Source: Fibrobacteria bacterium (GTDB lineage Bacteria; Fibrobacterota; Chitinivibrionia; Chitinivibrionales; FEN-1185). Taken from it: DNA of 33,510 nucleotides. The notes under the pieces are model-generated. The model did not search any database, was not told the origin of the DNA, and was given only the letters and a program-made list of their open reading frames with translations. How positions within the stretch are numbered: position 1 is the stretch's first letter; the number at the start of each line of letters is the position of its first letter. Shown here piece by piece: positions 1 to 9,301 of this stretch. Location: assembly GCA_037447435.1 (NCBI GenBank), contig JBBIGR010000048.1:1-33510 (forward strand), in the 5' to 3' direction. Position numbers and translations under genes: made by a program.

Positions 1-313
1 CCGAAACATTTCCCTGCGTCGTTATTCCTTGGTAACAGGGCTTGCTCCAGTCGAAGCCGACCCACCATATGTTGCTATTGGAGTCCGTGATCTCTTTGGC
101 AAACGAAGGTCCGTCGGCAGTGAAATAGATTTTGTCGCCTACCTCGACATTATCAAAAGGGCAATTTTGGGCGGAAAGGCCGTATTTGTTAGGGTTAAGC
201 TGTCCCGGACAAGAAAGAACTATTGTTTGAGCTTGGGCCGCAAAAACCGACATAAGGCAAACAATACCAAAAGATGTCAGTGAAACGAGTCTTTGCCGGA
301 TAAAGAGAGCCAT
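1..313 (-). CDS. Secreted protein of unknown function, N-terminal part only (runs off the window edge)
   Basis: Not in the ORF track. AAGGAGG-tttt-ATG at 313, open to the window edge: MALFIRQRLVSLTSFGIVCLMSVFAAQA|QTIVLSCPGQ..., a Sec signal peptide with an AQA cleavage site. Confidence 0.8.
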   Translation of the reverse strand, partial: MALFIRQRLVSLTSFGIVCLMSVFAAQAQTIVLSCPGQLNPNKYGLSAQNCPFDNVEVGDKIYFTADGPSFAKEITDSNSNIWWVGFDWSKPCYQGITTQGNVS

Positions 314-357
314 AAAACCTCCTTGTGTTGAAAATTAGTACGACTGTATTTCCCGGA

Positions 358-2391
358 TTATTCGGTAAACCTTAAATTGTCGACGAAGAAAACAACTTGT
401 CCCAGCGGCTGTTCCGCACCCATCCTGATCTTTACTATTGATATTTTAGAAAAATCAATTGCAGCAGAATAAAGATCGGCCATGGGAATTTTTACCTCTT
501 GCCAGCTCCACCCGATGGTTTGGGAATAATTGCCGAGTATTACTTCCGGAGTGGCTGATCCGGACTGTGTTACAAGAGAGATGAAGAATCGCGTCGTGGT
601 ACTCCCTTGAATGCAAAATCGCAAGTATTTCGCCTTCGAAAGATCTTTGCCTAAGGTTGCTTCACTATTGTCTTTGGGTTCGCTACCATCGCCCCGAACG
701 TTTGTGGGGAGCGAGGCTGTGGCATAGCCGGCTGCAACGTGATTAAGGTAAAATTTTAGTGACGCGGTCCCTTCGTACGCCTTTTCTGTTGTTATCTGGA
801 TATTTCCCCAGCTATTGGCTGTTAAGAAATTGTATGAAGAGTTTCCCGCGTTCGAATAACTGTAATTCCAAGCACCGTCTTTGTTTGCGTCTTCGCAAAT
901 CCATTTGAATTCAAAGGGAAGCTTCTCTATAGACCACTGCTGGTTTAAACCGGACACATAGTCCCATTGGTGAACATTTGCGCCATTTGCGGTCGACAAA
1001 CATTCGACATCCATTACTTTTTTGCTGTTACAATTTTCTATTTTGAAAAGATTCGGCCGAACGGGAATGATATTCCATTGCTGGTTGAGGCCGTCGACAT
1101 AGTCCCATTGATGGATAGTGCCGCCGTTTGATATAGAGAAATCGGCCACATCCGCAACTTTGCCGCTCAGAACATTCTGGATTTTGAACGACTGCGCCGT
1201 CGGAATGATGTTCCATTGTTGATTGAGCCCGCCGACATAATCCCACTGATGGATGTTTCCACCGTTTACCATAGAGTATTCGGCCACATCGAGGACCTTT
1301 CCGCTGTTGCGGTTGACAATCTTGTAGCGGGCCAGAGGATCGAAACCGTATTGGGGCGAAGCAAGAAAGACTTTATCGTCGGCATTCCAGGCAATTTGAC
1401 CGTTGTCCGTACTGAGTGCTGTTTTCGAACTGCTATCGTTTGTCAGCTGGAGCACTTCGCCGTTGCAATATGCCATGACCTGCACCCGATTGGTCGTCTG
1501 CTGGCGTTGAAACCAGGCGATTTGCCCGTCTTTGAAATGTACATTGTAGTTGTCGCCATTATCGGTCAATTGCATTACGTTGACCCCGTTATAAAAGTAT
1601 ATGTCGTTACCAATACCGTTATATTGCATCCAAACCACTTGTCCTTCGCAAATTTGCGGAGTATTCGCATACCTTCCGGTCGGAATAGTGCTCAACTGAG
1701 AAGTCGTTCCGTTTTTATACAGCATAACCTGGTTCGAATAGGTTGCGTAGTTATCTAATAAAAAGGTTATTTGCCCGTTACAGATTTTCGGAAAGTAACA
1801 GGAATTTGAGAAATTTGTGACTTGCTGAAACGAATTGTTCTTATAATAAAAAACCTGATTGGAACCGCCGGTCCAGGTAATTTCATCGTTGAACGCATTC
1901 GGATTCGTGTTATTATCGTCATTCGAAATTTTTATACCCTGCTTGCCGTCGTACAGAAACACCGAACTGAACGGACTGTGGTATGCTCCTATGCTCCATA
2001 CCAATTTTCCATTGTTGAGACACATTCCGTTAAAGACGGTGTATCCCAAAGAAATCTCATTGGTGGTATTCCCATCGTAAAAGTAAATTATCGCGCCAAT
2101 TTCCCCGTACCTGATCGTCCAGGCCGCTTTACCGTTTTCAAGTTGAAGCAAGCTTATATCGTCAAGCTTGCCGGAAATCGGGACAATGCCTGGTCTTTTA
2201 TCAAGGTACAGATACACATTTCCGTCCGCCGCTTTCCCGGCATAGGCTACCTGCCCCTTGCTCAGGCTTAAGTTACTCCCCGTAAAGGAAATACCCGGCG
2301 TCGATATATCCTCAATTTTAAAATCGGTTGCATACAACACTGCGGCAAAACCGATTACAACGGAAAATATTCTTATGAAACGGGAAATCAT
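358..2391 (-). CDS. Secreted modular protein: beta-propeller-like repeats + ricin-type beta-trefoil (CBM13) + C-terminal CBM11/CBM30-like beta-sandwich
   Basis: Start moved to 2391 (AAAGGAGG-atgaa-ATG; signal peptide MISRFIRIFSVVIGFAAVLYA). About eight ~40-aa repeats (GQVAY, GKAAW, GKLVW, DEITW, GQITF, GQVVW, GQIAW, GQIAW), three HQWDYVxGLNQQW ricin repeats, and a tail WQEVKIPMADL...IDFSKI...FFVDNLRF. Confidence 0.8.
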   Translation of the reverse strand: MISRFIRIFSVVIGFAAVLYATDFKIEDISTPGISFTGSNLSLSKGQVAYAGKAADGNVYLYLDKRPGIVPISGKLDDISLLQLENGKAAWTIRYGEIGAIIYFYDGNTTNEISLGYTVFNGMCLNNGKLVWSIGAYHSPFSSVFLYDGKQGIKISNDDNNTNPNAFNDEITWTGGSNQVFYYKNNSFQQVTNFSNSCYFPKICNGQITFLLDNYATYSNQVMLYKNGTTSQLSTIPTGRYANTPQICEGQVVWMQYNGIGNDIYFYNGVNVMQLTDNGDNYNVHFKDGQIAWFQRQQTTNRVQVMAYCNGEVLQLTNDSSSKTALSTDNGQIAWNADDKVFLASPQYGFDPLARYKIVNRNSGKVLDVAEYSMVNGGNIHQWDYVGGLNQQWNIIPTAQSFKIQNVLSGKVADVADFSISNGGTIHQWDYVDGLNQQWNIIPVRPNLFKIENCNSKKVMDVECLSTANGANVHQWDYVSGLNQQWSIEKLPFEFKWICEDANKDGAWNYSYSNAGNSSYNFLTANSWGNIQITTEKAYEGTASLKFYLNHVAAGYATASLPTNVRGDGSEPKDNSEATLGKDLSKAKYLRFCIQGSTTTRFFISLVTQSGSATPEVILGNYSQTIGWSWQEVKIPMADLYSAAIDFSKISIVKIRMGAEQPLGQVVFFVDNLRFTE
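922..1326 (-). repeat. Three tandem ~46-aa ricin subdomain repeats
   Basis: KIxNxxSxKVxDVxxxSxxNGxxxHQWDYVxGLNQQWxI occurs three times, and the similarity is visible in the DNA. Confidence 0.9.
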
Positions 2392-2488
2392 TTCATCCTC
2401 CTTTGAATAGAATTTTGGATTTTCGAATATACCTATGATAAAAGCAAAGACTGTTGAATTTGCCGATACCTTATTGATTTTTAGGATA

Positions 2489-2519
2489 GCCACGACAATC
2501 GACAGAAGATTGTCGTGGC
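2489..2519 (-). terminator. Intergenic stem-loop after the S8 protease gene (terminator-like or mRNA-stabilising)
   Basis: Perfect 12-bp inverted repeat GCCACGACAATC-N7-GATTGTCGTGGC, 21 nt past the stop at 2541. No U-tract on the minus strand. Confidence 0.55.
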
Positions 2520-2540
2520 CCGCAAATGCCTCGGAAAAAC

Positions 2541-2972
2541 TTAGCGAAGCGTTACATTGTCCATCCACACAGAACTCGTATTGAATGTTCCGAAATGGAA
2601 GCCGATCTTGACCGGTGTATCGGTCGTATTCGGCGTAAATGTAACGACAAAATGCTGATAGGTGTTTGTGGTGCTTGTTACCGTGTACTGTTGTTCCAAA
2701 TACTTGGTGTACGACCCGCCGTCATGCTCTACCACCACTTTGAAATTTTTCGGCGTAGCGTCTGCTTTCATATCGAATTCCAGCGTGTACGGTTTATTCC
2801 CGATTACCGAAATGTCCTGATAAATCTGTATATCATACGGATTCGGACCAAGCGTCGAAATAGCTACTTTGGCACTGCCCGCATCATTGGTTATCGATCC
2901 CGCAGCACCTTCCATGAAAAGCGTCTGCCAACCGGTAAGTCCATTCGAAAAATCACCGTTTGTCAGCAGATT
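2541..2972 (-). repeat. CBM4/9-like C-terminal module, paralogous to 9302-9733
   Basis: Both copies are 432 nt and align without gaps, about 103/143 identical residues by hand count. Both end GFHFGTFNTSSVWxDNVTLx. Confidence 0.9.
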
Positions 2973-5900
2973 CGACACCGGTGGTGTGCCGCCCGAATAC
3001 AATCGCGCTTCCCATAGGGAATAACCGTATGCGGTATTTCGTGCCGTACCGTACATCCGGTAATACCGATATGTTCCGGTTATACCGGTCAGACTGTCGA
3101 CCCTATGGTTCCCAAACACAGCCATATTCGTTTCGTTCGCAAGCGTTGTCTTTGTGGCAAAGCTTGCATCATTGGATCCTTCGAGCGTATAATTTTTCGC
3201 ATTGGCGGTTTCCCAATCAAGCACTATGGTGGTTATGCTTTTTGCCGTCCCCATGTCGAATACGATCCACTGCGGATCGGCAAATGAACTTGACCAACGC
3301 GTACCGATATTGCCATCAATTGCCATACTTGCCGGGTATGATGAACTTTCCGTGCTCGATGCGGTTGCCGAAGAAACGGGCTGTTGGGTAAGCTGTCCGT
3401 CTTGAGGCGCGAAGTTTCCAACCACCGACATATTGTTGTTTATGAAAAAGGTCGCCGGATTGGCTGTTCCGGAAAAATCGCCGCTCCAGCTTGTAAATAC
3501 GTATCCTGCGGCCGGCGTTGCCAGCAACATGACCTTGCCTCCTGCGGGATAAGAACCGCCGCCGCTTATTGTTCCCCCCGCAGCGGGATTTGCGGTTACG
3601 GCAACAGTGTAGTTCATCGGGATAAAGTTCGCTGTTACGGTTTTGTTGGCGTTCATGATCACGGCAACCGGATTCGCCGTGGATGTTACATCGCCGCTCC
3701 AATTTGCAAACGCATAGCCCGTGTTCGCCGCAGCGGAAAGCGTTGCCGTTTCGCCCGAATTATAACTGCCGCCACCGGTTACCCAACCGCCTGCTGCCGG
3801 ATTAGCGTTAGTAGTAAGCGTGTATGTTACGGGTGTGCCTAGTGTATAAAACCGCGCTTCCCAAATCGAATAGCCGTAAGGGGTATTCCGCATTGTACCG
3901 TACATCCGGTAATACCGGTATGATCCGGCGATGTTGGACATACTATCGATGCGGTGATTACCGAAAGCAGGCATATTACTCTGTGTACTAAGCGTTGTTT
4001 TGGTCGAAAAGCCTGCATCATTGGATCCTTCAAGCACGTAGTTTTTCGCATTTGCCGTTTCCCAATCAAAAACAACCGTATTTATGCTTTTCGCGGAACC
4101 AAGATCAAATGCAATCCATTGCGGATCGGAAAATGAACTTGACCATCGCGTACCGATATTGCCATCGATTGCCATGCTTGCCGGGTATGATGAGCTTTCC
4201 GTGCTCGATGCGGTTGCCGAAGAAACGGGCTGCCTGATAAGCTGGGGGTTATTGACTATTATCGCAACATCATCGTTAGCAATTGCCGCGCCGTCGTTGA
4301 CCGTAAGCCGGAAAGAATAGGTTCCTGTCGCTGTCGGGGTAAAGGTCGGCTGGGCCGTATTCGTTCCGGTCAATGATACGGCCGGTCCCGCTAACTGGGC
4401 CCACGAATAACTCAAGGGAGACGGCCAATTATCGGGATCGGTTGAACCTCGTCCGTCAAGTGTGACGAGCGTATTGGCAGCCACGTTTTGATCGGGCCCG
4501 GCATTTGCAACGGGCGGTTGATTGACTTTATTTACAACCGTGACCATCATGGTATCGACGCCGTAGGCCAATCCGTCCCACACCAACAACTGAACGCCGT
4601 ATGTACCGGTCAATGTCGCCGTAATGGTCGGGGTAGGCGATTTCGGGTTAGTAATCACGGGTAACGGATACGGACCCGAAAAAACCATCCACTCATAAGT
4701 CATCGGATTGGGTCCGTTATCAATGTCGCTCGAACGGCTTCCGTCGAGCGCGGCAGCGGTGTTAAGCGGAATGGTGATATCGGGCCCCGCATTCGCAACA
4801 GGTGCGATATTGGGCTGTATCGCAAAATCCAGGTAATTCACATTGAAGCCGCCGGTGGTCATGACCATGCGCAGACTGTGGGTACCGGCTCGTATATTGA
4901 CATTAGGTACAACGACGTTTTTCCAGCTTTGCCAGCCCGATGCGTCGGTGAAAGTGAAGGTCGCGATTGTGGCTCCGTCGAGCGTAACGGTCATGGTCTT
5001 GATGCCGCTATTTGCGGACGCCATGCGGGCGGTGATTGTGTAACGGCCGTTTTGGGCAACGTCGACATTATAGGCGAGCCATTCTCCAGCGTCTATCCAG
5101 CCCACGTTGTAACCGTCGCCGGTGTCGGTGCAGGCCTGAATATCGACATTGTCTTGCCGATACGCGCCGCCGGAATTCCCCGGAGTCAAATCGTGATACC
5201 CCACGCCTTCGCCTCCCTCGTTATAGTCCTCGGCCTGCAAACGTCCGGGCAGAAATGTTTTGCCTTGACCGACTCCAAAACCAATCAGCCCGACCGTTGC
5301 GTTCGGATTATCCGTAGCATTGCTGTTTATCGTCATTGTTCCGCTTGCGCCCGCAATACCGGTCGGGTTGAAAACTACTACAACCGAGGTAGAATCCATT
5401 GCTTGTACGGTCAACGGCAGTTTCGCGTTTGTGGTAAACAAAGAATTATTGATTTGCAATGAAGAAACCGTCGTCGGTCCGGTACCATTGTTGACAAGCT
5501 GTATTCTGCCCGCATTTTTAACTACGGTATTGGAATAAAACTTCATTACATCCCCGGGAATATCGGTGGGTGCAAGCAAAGTTCCGCAGAAAATGTCGGA
5601 GGCGCCGGTACCATTGAAATCCGCCAAGGTCACGCCTCGCACGTATTCATCCCCTATCGGATGCGGAATCGGTGCAAACTGCTGTTGTCCAAGGTTTTCT
5701 CGCCAGGAAAGCATATATTTTCCTCCACCGACATATTCGGGGACTATCAGGTCGTAATCACCGTCAAGGTCGACATCCGAAGCGATAACATCATAATAGG
5801 CATGGCCGGTATCGTAAGAAACCGGATGCGAGGTAAAAACACCTGCCCCGTTATTTTCATACCAATAAATGCCAGCACCCCAGAACGTGGCGATAATATC

Positions 5901-8900
5901 CAGGTCGCCGTCTTTGTCTAGGTCGCAGAAACGGACCCGGTTTGCTCCTTTGTCAGGCAGCACCTGAAGATCCTCTTCGGTAAATACCATGCCCTTATTT
6001 CGGTATATGGCCACTTTGGAATCGTCCCAACTGCTCGACACCACATCGAGGTCGCCGTCTTTATCAATATCGCCGACGTCAAATGTTGTGACATTATGCG
6101 CATTGGTCGTAATAATGTTTTCCGTAAACGACCAATTGCCGTTATTTTTAAACCAGGAAATTTTATTGTCGGAACTGCTCGCGCTGACAATGTCGATAAG
6201 GCCGTCGTTGTCCATGTCTATTGCTTTCACTTGTACGGCATATTTGACATTTTCTGAAACAACGTGTTCCGTATATGTACCGTTGCCAAGGTTTTCAAAA
6301 ACAACGATTTTTCCTGCATTGAAGGGAATTGCCACGGCCGCAACGATATCGATGTCGCCGTCTTTGTCGATGTCAACGGGCTGAGCATCCATGTACATAT
6401 AATGGGCCGTTGTCGTCGTCACGATATCGTGAGCAACCCAATTTGCGCTGTTGTTCATTTTATTTTCCAGCCACACGATGCGGGAATTACCGCCAATGTA
6501 ATTATCACTGCAGGCAACTATGTCAAGATCGCCGTCGTTATCCATATCGAATGCCGTTGAATTTTCAAAGCCCGAGATATCGCGATTGACAACAGCTTTG
6601 GTAAACGGAAAGTAATGAATTTGAGGTTGCCGTTGCATCGTGATGGACGACGGATTCAGGGTTAATTTTGCCACTCCGGTAACCGTAAAAGCGACGGGAA
6701 TACGTTGGGGACTCATAATTGCCGGATCATTGTGTTGCACAAGGATTTCTCCGGTATAGGCATTTCCAAGCAACGATGTCGCGTCGAGGCGTACATTAAT
6801 TTGCGTCTGAGTGTTGGGATTGACGGTTGCGCTGCTTTTATCAAGCCAAATCCAATTAGTTCCGTCTGCGGTCGTGGCAGACAGGTTAACCTGCAGTGCC
6901 GACTGGCCGCTATTGGCAATAGTGAGGGTTTTATTTACATACGATCCAGCGGCAGCGGTTCCGCTAATTTGCGTAGGAGAAACGGCAAGATGGGGTGATG
7001 GAATACCGCTTCCCGTTAACGCAATTGGGAGTGAGGGAGCATTCTGCGCGTCGGATACAATGGTCATGCTGCCGTTATAGGATGTCGCTGCGGTCGGGAG
7101 AAACCTGACCGTCAGATATATTGAAGAAAATGCAGGGATGCGAAACGGCATTGTATTTGTCGTCGAATAAACCGAATTGGGGAAATTTATCAAATTTACG
7201 GTAATTGCGCTGTTACCGGTATTGGTCAACATAAGCCGCTTCTGGGAAGCATATCCGATATAGCAAGGGCCGAAATCGATGTTCGAACTTGCCGCGTTAA
7301 TAATTTTATTTCCATTAACCGTCATGGATACCGGGACGGTTGCAAGGCTTTGCGCTTCGGCGGATACAACAACATTCGAAACCCATGTTCCGCTTATGAG
7401 TCCAGCGGGATTCATATGCAACGTCGAGGTTTTGCTTTCCCCTGCAGCAAGCGTCAGGGACGGCGTAAGAATCGTAAGCCATGAGGGCGGCGTATTTTGA
7501 AGCGCCTTATCGGCATTCAGGCGACCTTGCGATACGCATTGTCCTAAAAGTGACGCCTTTATATCGACATTATTAAGGATGATTTGCTTAACTTGCACAG
7601 GCGTCAAGGAGGGATTGCGTGCGAGGACGAGCGCGGCCGCACCGGAAACCATTGGGCATGCCATGGAAGTCCCGGATATGGTTCCGTACATCGCAGGCAG
7701 ATTATAATTCACCATTGCAGGAGTCTGTACTCTTGGGAATGTACTGAGGATGCTGGTACCGGGTGCTCCCAGGTCGACGGAAGACGCACCAAAGTTTGAA
7801 AAACTTGAAAGTGCATCGCCATTGTCCGTAGATGCAACGGAGATGAGGTTATCCGCAGGGTACGATGCAGGATACGACGGATATATATCCGTATTTCTGG
7901 AATCATTCCCCGCAGATGCGACAAAAACTGCATTGCAACCCGCTATTGCGTCGCTGAGAGCCTGGTCATACCCGCCGCCGCCCCAACTGGCGTTCAATAC
8001 TTGTGCGCCCATTGCTTTTGCATAGCTTATGCAATTGATGGCATCGGAGGTGGTGCCTGATCCGCTTGAGTTAAGGAATTTGAGGCACATAATTTGCCCC
8101 TGCCATGCAACGCCCGATACGCCGATGCCATTATTGCCTTCGGCGGCGATTATACCTGCCACATGCGTGCCGTGAAAATAATCGTCCATCGGGTCATTGG
8201 AATTATTAACAAAATTCCAACCGTGAACATCGTCGACAAAGCCGTTTCCGTCATCGTCGATCCCGTTGTCCGGGATTTCACCCTTATTTGTCCAGATGTT
8301 GTTTTTAAGATCAGGATGCAAATAATCCACACCGGCATCAATAACGCCGACGACAACTTTGGCTGCGGATGTTTGTTTGTCCCAGGCGTTTACTGCGGAA
8401 ATATCGGCGCCGGGAGTGCCGCCTGTCTGTCCGCTATTCGACAAATGGTATTGCTGTGGAAAGAGAGGATCATTCGGAACCGCATTGGCGTGAACGATAA
8501 AATCCGGCTCCGCATAAGCCACATTCGGATCCTTTTTCAGTTCCGCAATTGCTTGCAATACTCCTTCCCGTGAATTTGTTCTCAGGTCGGCCACCGACAA
8601 TCGTCGTCCGTGATGCGCACGCTCGGTCGTGTGCGGAAAACACGCGGTCGCAATCTCCCTCATTCCACGGACATGCGTCGACAAATTTGCTAATGCGGAA
8701 ATCCCGGTTGCGCCGTCTTTAAACCCTATGATAAGATGGTCTGTTGCAAATTCGCGCGACAGATTTTCGGCAGAATAAAGTCTTGTTGTGTCAACAATCG
8801 ACGCCGTCTGCGCACTTGGAGAGCTCACGATTGTCGCTGCCAGTGAAACGGTTGTCGAAGAGTTACCGACGTTCTTTATCGTCAACGTTCTATCGGCCGG

Positions 8901-9035
8901 CGCGTCCGTCGGTTCCATCGTGACCGATACGGATGACGGAGAAACTTGAATTAACGTCTGGGCAACTATCGTACCGCCAAGCAGCAAGCAGACCTGCATG
9001 GCATACGCAATTTTTTCTAACGCACGGGAAACCAT
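2541..9035 (-). CDS. Large secreted S8 (subtilisin-family) serine protease with Ig-like/ASH domains, FG-GAP/VCBS repeats, CBM6, 2 PKD-like, 2 F5/8C (CBM32), 2 InlB-B-like repeats and a C-terminal CBM4/9
   Basis: Start moved to 9035 (AAGGAGG-ttgcc-ATG). Intact catalytic motifs VIDAG, HGTHVAG, ASAGN, GTSMACP; propeptide end NVAYAEPDF; repeated DxDxDGDxD motifs; LPGRLQAEDY...GWIDAGEWLAY (CBM6); PVANAGPD twice; AIDGNIGTRWSS twice; NLLTNGDF...DNVTL. Confidence 0.93.
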   Translation of the reverse strand: MVSRALEKIAYAMQVCLLLGGTIVAQTLIQVSPSSVSVTMEPTDAPADRTLTIKNVGNSSTTVSLAATIVSSPSAQTASIVDTTRLYSAENLSREFATDHLIIGFKDGATGISALANLSTHVRGMREIATACFPHTTERAHHGRRLSVADLRTNSREGVLQAIAELKKDPNVAYAEPDFIVHANAVPNDPLFPQQYHLSNSGQTGGTPGADISAVNAWDKQTSAAKVVVGVIDAGVDYLHPDLKNNIWTNKGEIPDNGIDDDGNGFVDDVHGWNFVNNSNDPMDDYFHGTHVAGIIAAEGNNGIGVSGVAWQGQIMCLKFLNSSGSGTTSDAINCISYAKAMGAQVLNASWGGGGYDQALSDAIAGCNAVFVASAGNDSRNTDIYPSYPASYPADNLISVASTDNGDALSSFSNFGASSVDLGAPGTSILSTFPRVQTPAMVNYNLPAMYGTISGTSMACPMVSGAAALVLARNPSLTPVQVKQIILNNVDIKASLLGQCVSQGRLNADKALQNTPPSWLTILTPSLTLAAGESKTSTLHMNPAGLISGTWVSNVVVSAEAQSLATVPVSMTVNGNKIINAASSNIDFGPCYIGYASQKRLMLTNTGNSAITVNLINFPNSVYSTTNTMPFRIPAFSSIYLTVRFLPTAATSYNGSMTIVSDAQNAPSLPIALTGSGIPSPHLAVSPTQISGTAAAGSYVNKTLTIANSGQSALQVNLSATTADGTNWIWLDKSSATVNPNTQTQINVRLDATSLLGNAYTGEILVQHNDPAIMSPQRIPVAFTVTGVAKLTLNPSSITMQRQPQIHYFPFTKAVVNRDISGFENSTAFDMDNDGDLDIVACSDNYIGGNSRIVWLENKMNNSANWVAHDIVTTTTAHYMYMDAQPVDIDKDGDIDIVAAVAIPFNAGKIVVFENLGNGTYTEHVVSENVKYAVQVKAIDMDNDGLIDIVSASSSDNKISWFKNNGNWSFTENIITTNAHNVTTFDVGDIDKDGDLDVVSSSWDDSKVAIYRNKGMVFTEEDLQVLPDKGANRVRFCDLDKDGDLDIIATFWGAGIYWYENNGAGVFTSHPVSYDTGHAYYDVIASDVDLDGDYDLIVPEYVGGGKYMLSWRENLGQQQFAPIPHPIGDEYVRGVTLADFNGTGASDIFCGTLLAPTDIPGDVMKFYSNTVVKNAGRIQLVNNGTGPTTVSSLQINNSLFTTNAKLPLTVQAMDSTSVVVVFNPTGIAGASGTMTINSNATDNPNATVGLIGFGVGQGKTFLPGRLQAEDYNEGGEGVGYHDLTPGNSGGAYRQDNVDIQACTDTGDGYNVGWIDAGEWLAYNVDVAQNGRYTITARMASANSGIKTMTVTLDGATIATFTFTDASGWQSWKNVVVPNVNIRAGTHSLRMVMTTGGFNVNYLDFAIQPNIAPVANAGPDITIPLNTAAALDGSRSSDIDNGPNPMTYEWMVFSGPYPLPVITNPKSPTPTITATLTGTYGVQLLVWDGLAYGVDTMMVTVVNKVNQPPVANAGPDQNVAANTLVTLDGRGSTDPDNWPSPLSYSWAQLAGPAVSLTGTNTAQPTFTPTATGTYSFRLTVNDGAAIANDDVAIIVNNPQLIRQPVSSATASSTESSSYPASMAIDGNIGTRWSSSFSDPQWIAFDLGSAKSINTVVFDWETANAKNYVLEGSNDAGFSTKTTLSTQSNMPAFGNHRIDSMSNIAGSYRYYRMYGTMRNTPYGYSIWEARFYTLGTPVTYTLTTNANPAAGGWVTGGGSYNSGETATLSAAANTGYAFANWSGDVTSTANPVAVIMNANKTVTANFIPMNYTVAVTANPAAGGTISGGGSYPAGGKVMLLATPAAGYVFTSWSGDFSGTANPATFFINNNMSVVGNFAPQDGQLTQQPVSSATASSTESSSYPASMAIDGNIGTRWSSSFADPQWIVFDMGTAKSITTIVLDWETANAKNYTLEGSNDASFATKTTLANETNMAVFGNHRVDSLTGITGTYRYYRMYGTARNTAYGYSLWEARLYSGGTPPVSNLLTNGDFSNGLTGWQTLFMEGAAGSITNDAGSAKVAISTLGPNPYDIQIYQDISVIGNKPYTLEFDMKADATPKNFKVVVEHDGGSYTKYLEQQYTVTSTTNTYQHFVVTFTPNTTDTPVKIGFHFGTFNTSSVWMDNVTLR
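2995..4237 (-). repeat. Intragenic duplication of an F5/8C (CBM32) module (~2995-3388 and ~3845-4237)
   Basis: Near-identical DNA at an 849-nt offset, e.g. GCGGTTGCCGAAGAAACGGGCTG at 3361 and 4210. QPVSSATASSTESSSYPASMAIDGNIGTRWSSSF is present in both. Confidence 0.9.
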
Positions 9036-9059
9036 GGCAACCTCCTTGTCAAAAGAGTG

Positions 9060-9110
9060 AATAAAATCGTTCCGTTCCCACGGCAAAATTTCTGCCGACA
9101 GACGAAACAA
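9060..9110 (-). terminator. Terminator-like hairpin in the 5' leader of the S8 protease gene
   Basis: On the minus strand UUGUUUCGU pairs with ACGGAACGA around an inner CGGCAGA/UUUGCCG stem, followed by UUUUAUU. It uses G-U pairs that form only on the mRNA strand. Confidence 0.45.
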
Positions 9111-9147
9111 TAATGCATCGTACGGGTTTTAAATTGTGGTTTTCCAC

Positions 9148-9167
9148 TTTGTAATACTCCTTACAAA
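9148..9167. promoter_or_regulatory. Palindromic candidate operator with CRP/FNR-family geometry
   Basis: TTTGTAA-TACTCC-TTACAAA, a perfect 7-6-7 dyad. TGTAA-N6-TTACA resembles the CRP site TGTGA-N6-TCACA and the NtcA site GTA-N8-TAC. Confidence 0.45.
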
Positions 9168-9240
9168 TTTTATTGCCGCTAATTTAACAGTAATAATATC
9201 GAGCGAGAGGATGGTTTACTATTTTATATAAAACCGACGG

Positions 9241-9281
9241 TTTCGCTCCCCATCCGGCAAAAACCGGATAGGGAAGCGAAA
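9241..9281 (-). terminator. GC-rich stem-loop after the DUF362 gene, likely terminator
   Basis: TTTCGC-TCCC-C-ATCCGG-caaaaa-CCGGAT-A-GGGA-A-GCGAAA, 20 nt past the stop at 9302. Confidence 0.65.
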
Positions 9282-9301
9282 ATGGTTTGACGGTTAAAAC
9301 A

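Noticed and set aside
2392..2568. ORF-track N-terminal extension of the 358 gene (likewise 9036-9110 and 13895-13930)
   Set aside because: Strong SDs sit at downstream ATGs 2391, 9035 and 13894, followed by signal or hydrophobic N-termini. The extensions cross intergenic DNA, including hairpins in the first two cases.
9036..9240. c-di-GMP-I riboswitch in the protease leader
   Set aside because: GGCAA is present, but there is no GAAA-capped P2 and no ACGCAAAGC segment.
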